Shown here piece after piece: positions 63,780 to 64,000 of a DNA stretch of 64,000 nucleotides; position 1 is the first letter of the stretch; each line of letters opens with the position of its first letter. The translations under genes and the position numbers were made by a program. Source of the stretch: an uncultured Gemmatimonadales bacterium. Its GTDB lineage: Bacteria; Gemmatimonadota; Gemmatimonadetes; Longimicrobiales; RSA9. The stretch spans positions 800,001 through 864,000 of the forward strand of contig CAWCUS010000001.1 of NCBI GenBank assembly GCA_963798845.1, written 5' to 3'. The notes beneath the pieces were generated by a model that saw nothing but the letters and a program-made list of their open reading frames with translations, made no database searches and was not told the DNA's origin.

Positions 63780-64000
63780 TCAGCGTCGCACGAGCCAGGC
63801 GACGAGGCCCGCCAGAGCCAGGATGATCAGGAGCGCGGCCCACTGGAGCACGGGCAGGCCGCGCGGCTTCTCGCTCGACAGGGCGCGGGTCCGCTCGATT
63901 CGGCCGGCGCTCAGGTCGAAGATCCAGCCGAGAACCAGCGCCACGGGGAGTCCGGCCAGGGTGGCGGTGACCACGGCGGTCGCGGTCCACGGGGGGAGGG
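63780..64000 (-). CDS. 3' end of a small membrane protein; start beyond the window
   Basis: GLPVALVLGWIFD plus a second transmembrane helix ending in RR-stop. Confidence 0.55.
   Translation of the reverse strand, partial: LPPWTATAVVTATLAGLPVALVLGWIFDLSAGRIERTRALSSEKPRGLPVLQWAALLIILALAGLVAWLVRR

Overview
Very GC-rich bacterial chromosome segment; the gene complement and style suggest Gemmatimonadota, but this is an inference that the 16S sequence should be used to confirm. Left third (1-22.2 kb) is accessory: GH3 and GH144-like glucanases, M1 peptidase, thioredoxin/HEAT protein, Bor lipoprotein, VWA protein, Ca2+/H+ exchanger, PEP-CTERM protein, multicopper oxidase with a duplicated c-type cytochrome, and TonB-ExbB-ExbD-ExbD. 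The centre holds a Fic-protein islet at tRNA-Ile(GAT), an S8 peptidase, and a 16S rRNA gene with no 23S/5S downstream. The right half is mostly housekeeping (typA, yjbQ, CDF transporter, otsB, dnaE, accA, PSP1/RicT, metG, FadB/FadJ-type enzyme, DsbA/VKOR, gyrA, type IA topoisomerase). Most unusual signals: (1) arrays of 41-53 bp modules on both sides of typA, each an ATTCGA tag plus two hairpins, conserved in fold but not in sequence; (2) all three apparent frameshifts fall at the same motif CATTCYGG; (3) a 21-bp tandem array fills the spacer before dnaE; (4) a second ExbD lacks the essential Asp; (5) an extremely acidic Trp-periodic small protein sits just upstream of the rRNA promoter. All calls come from reading motifs by eye; no database searches were run.
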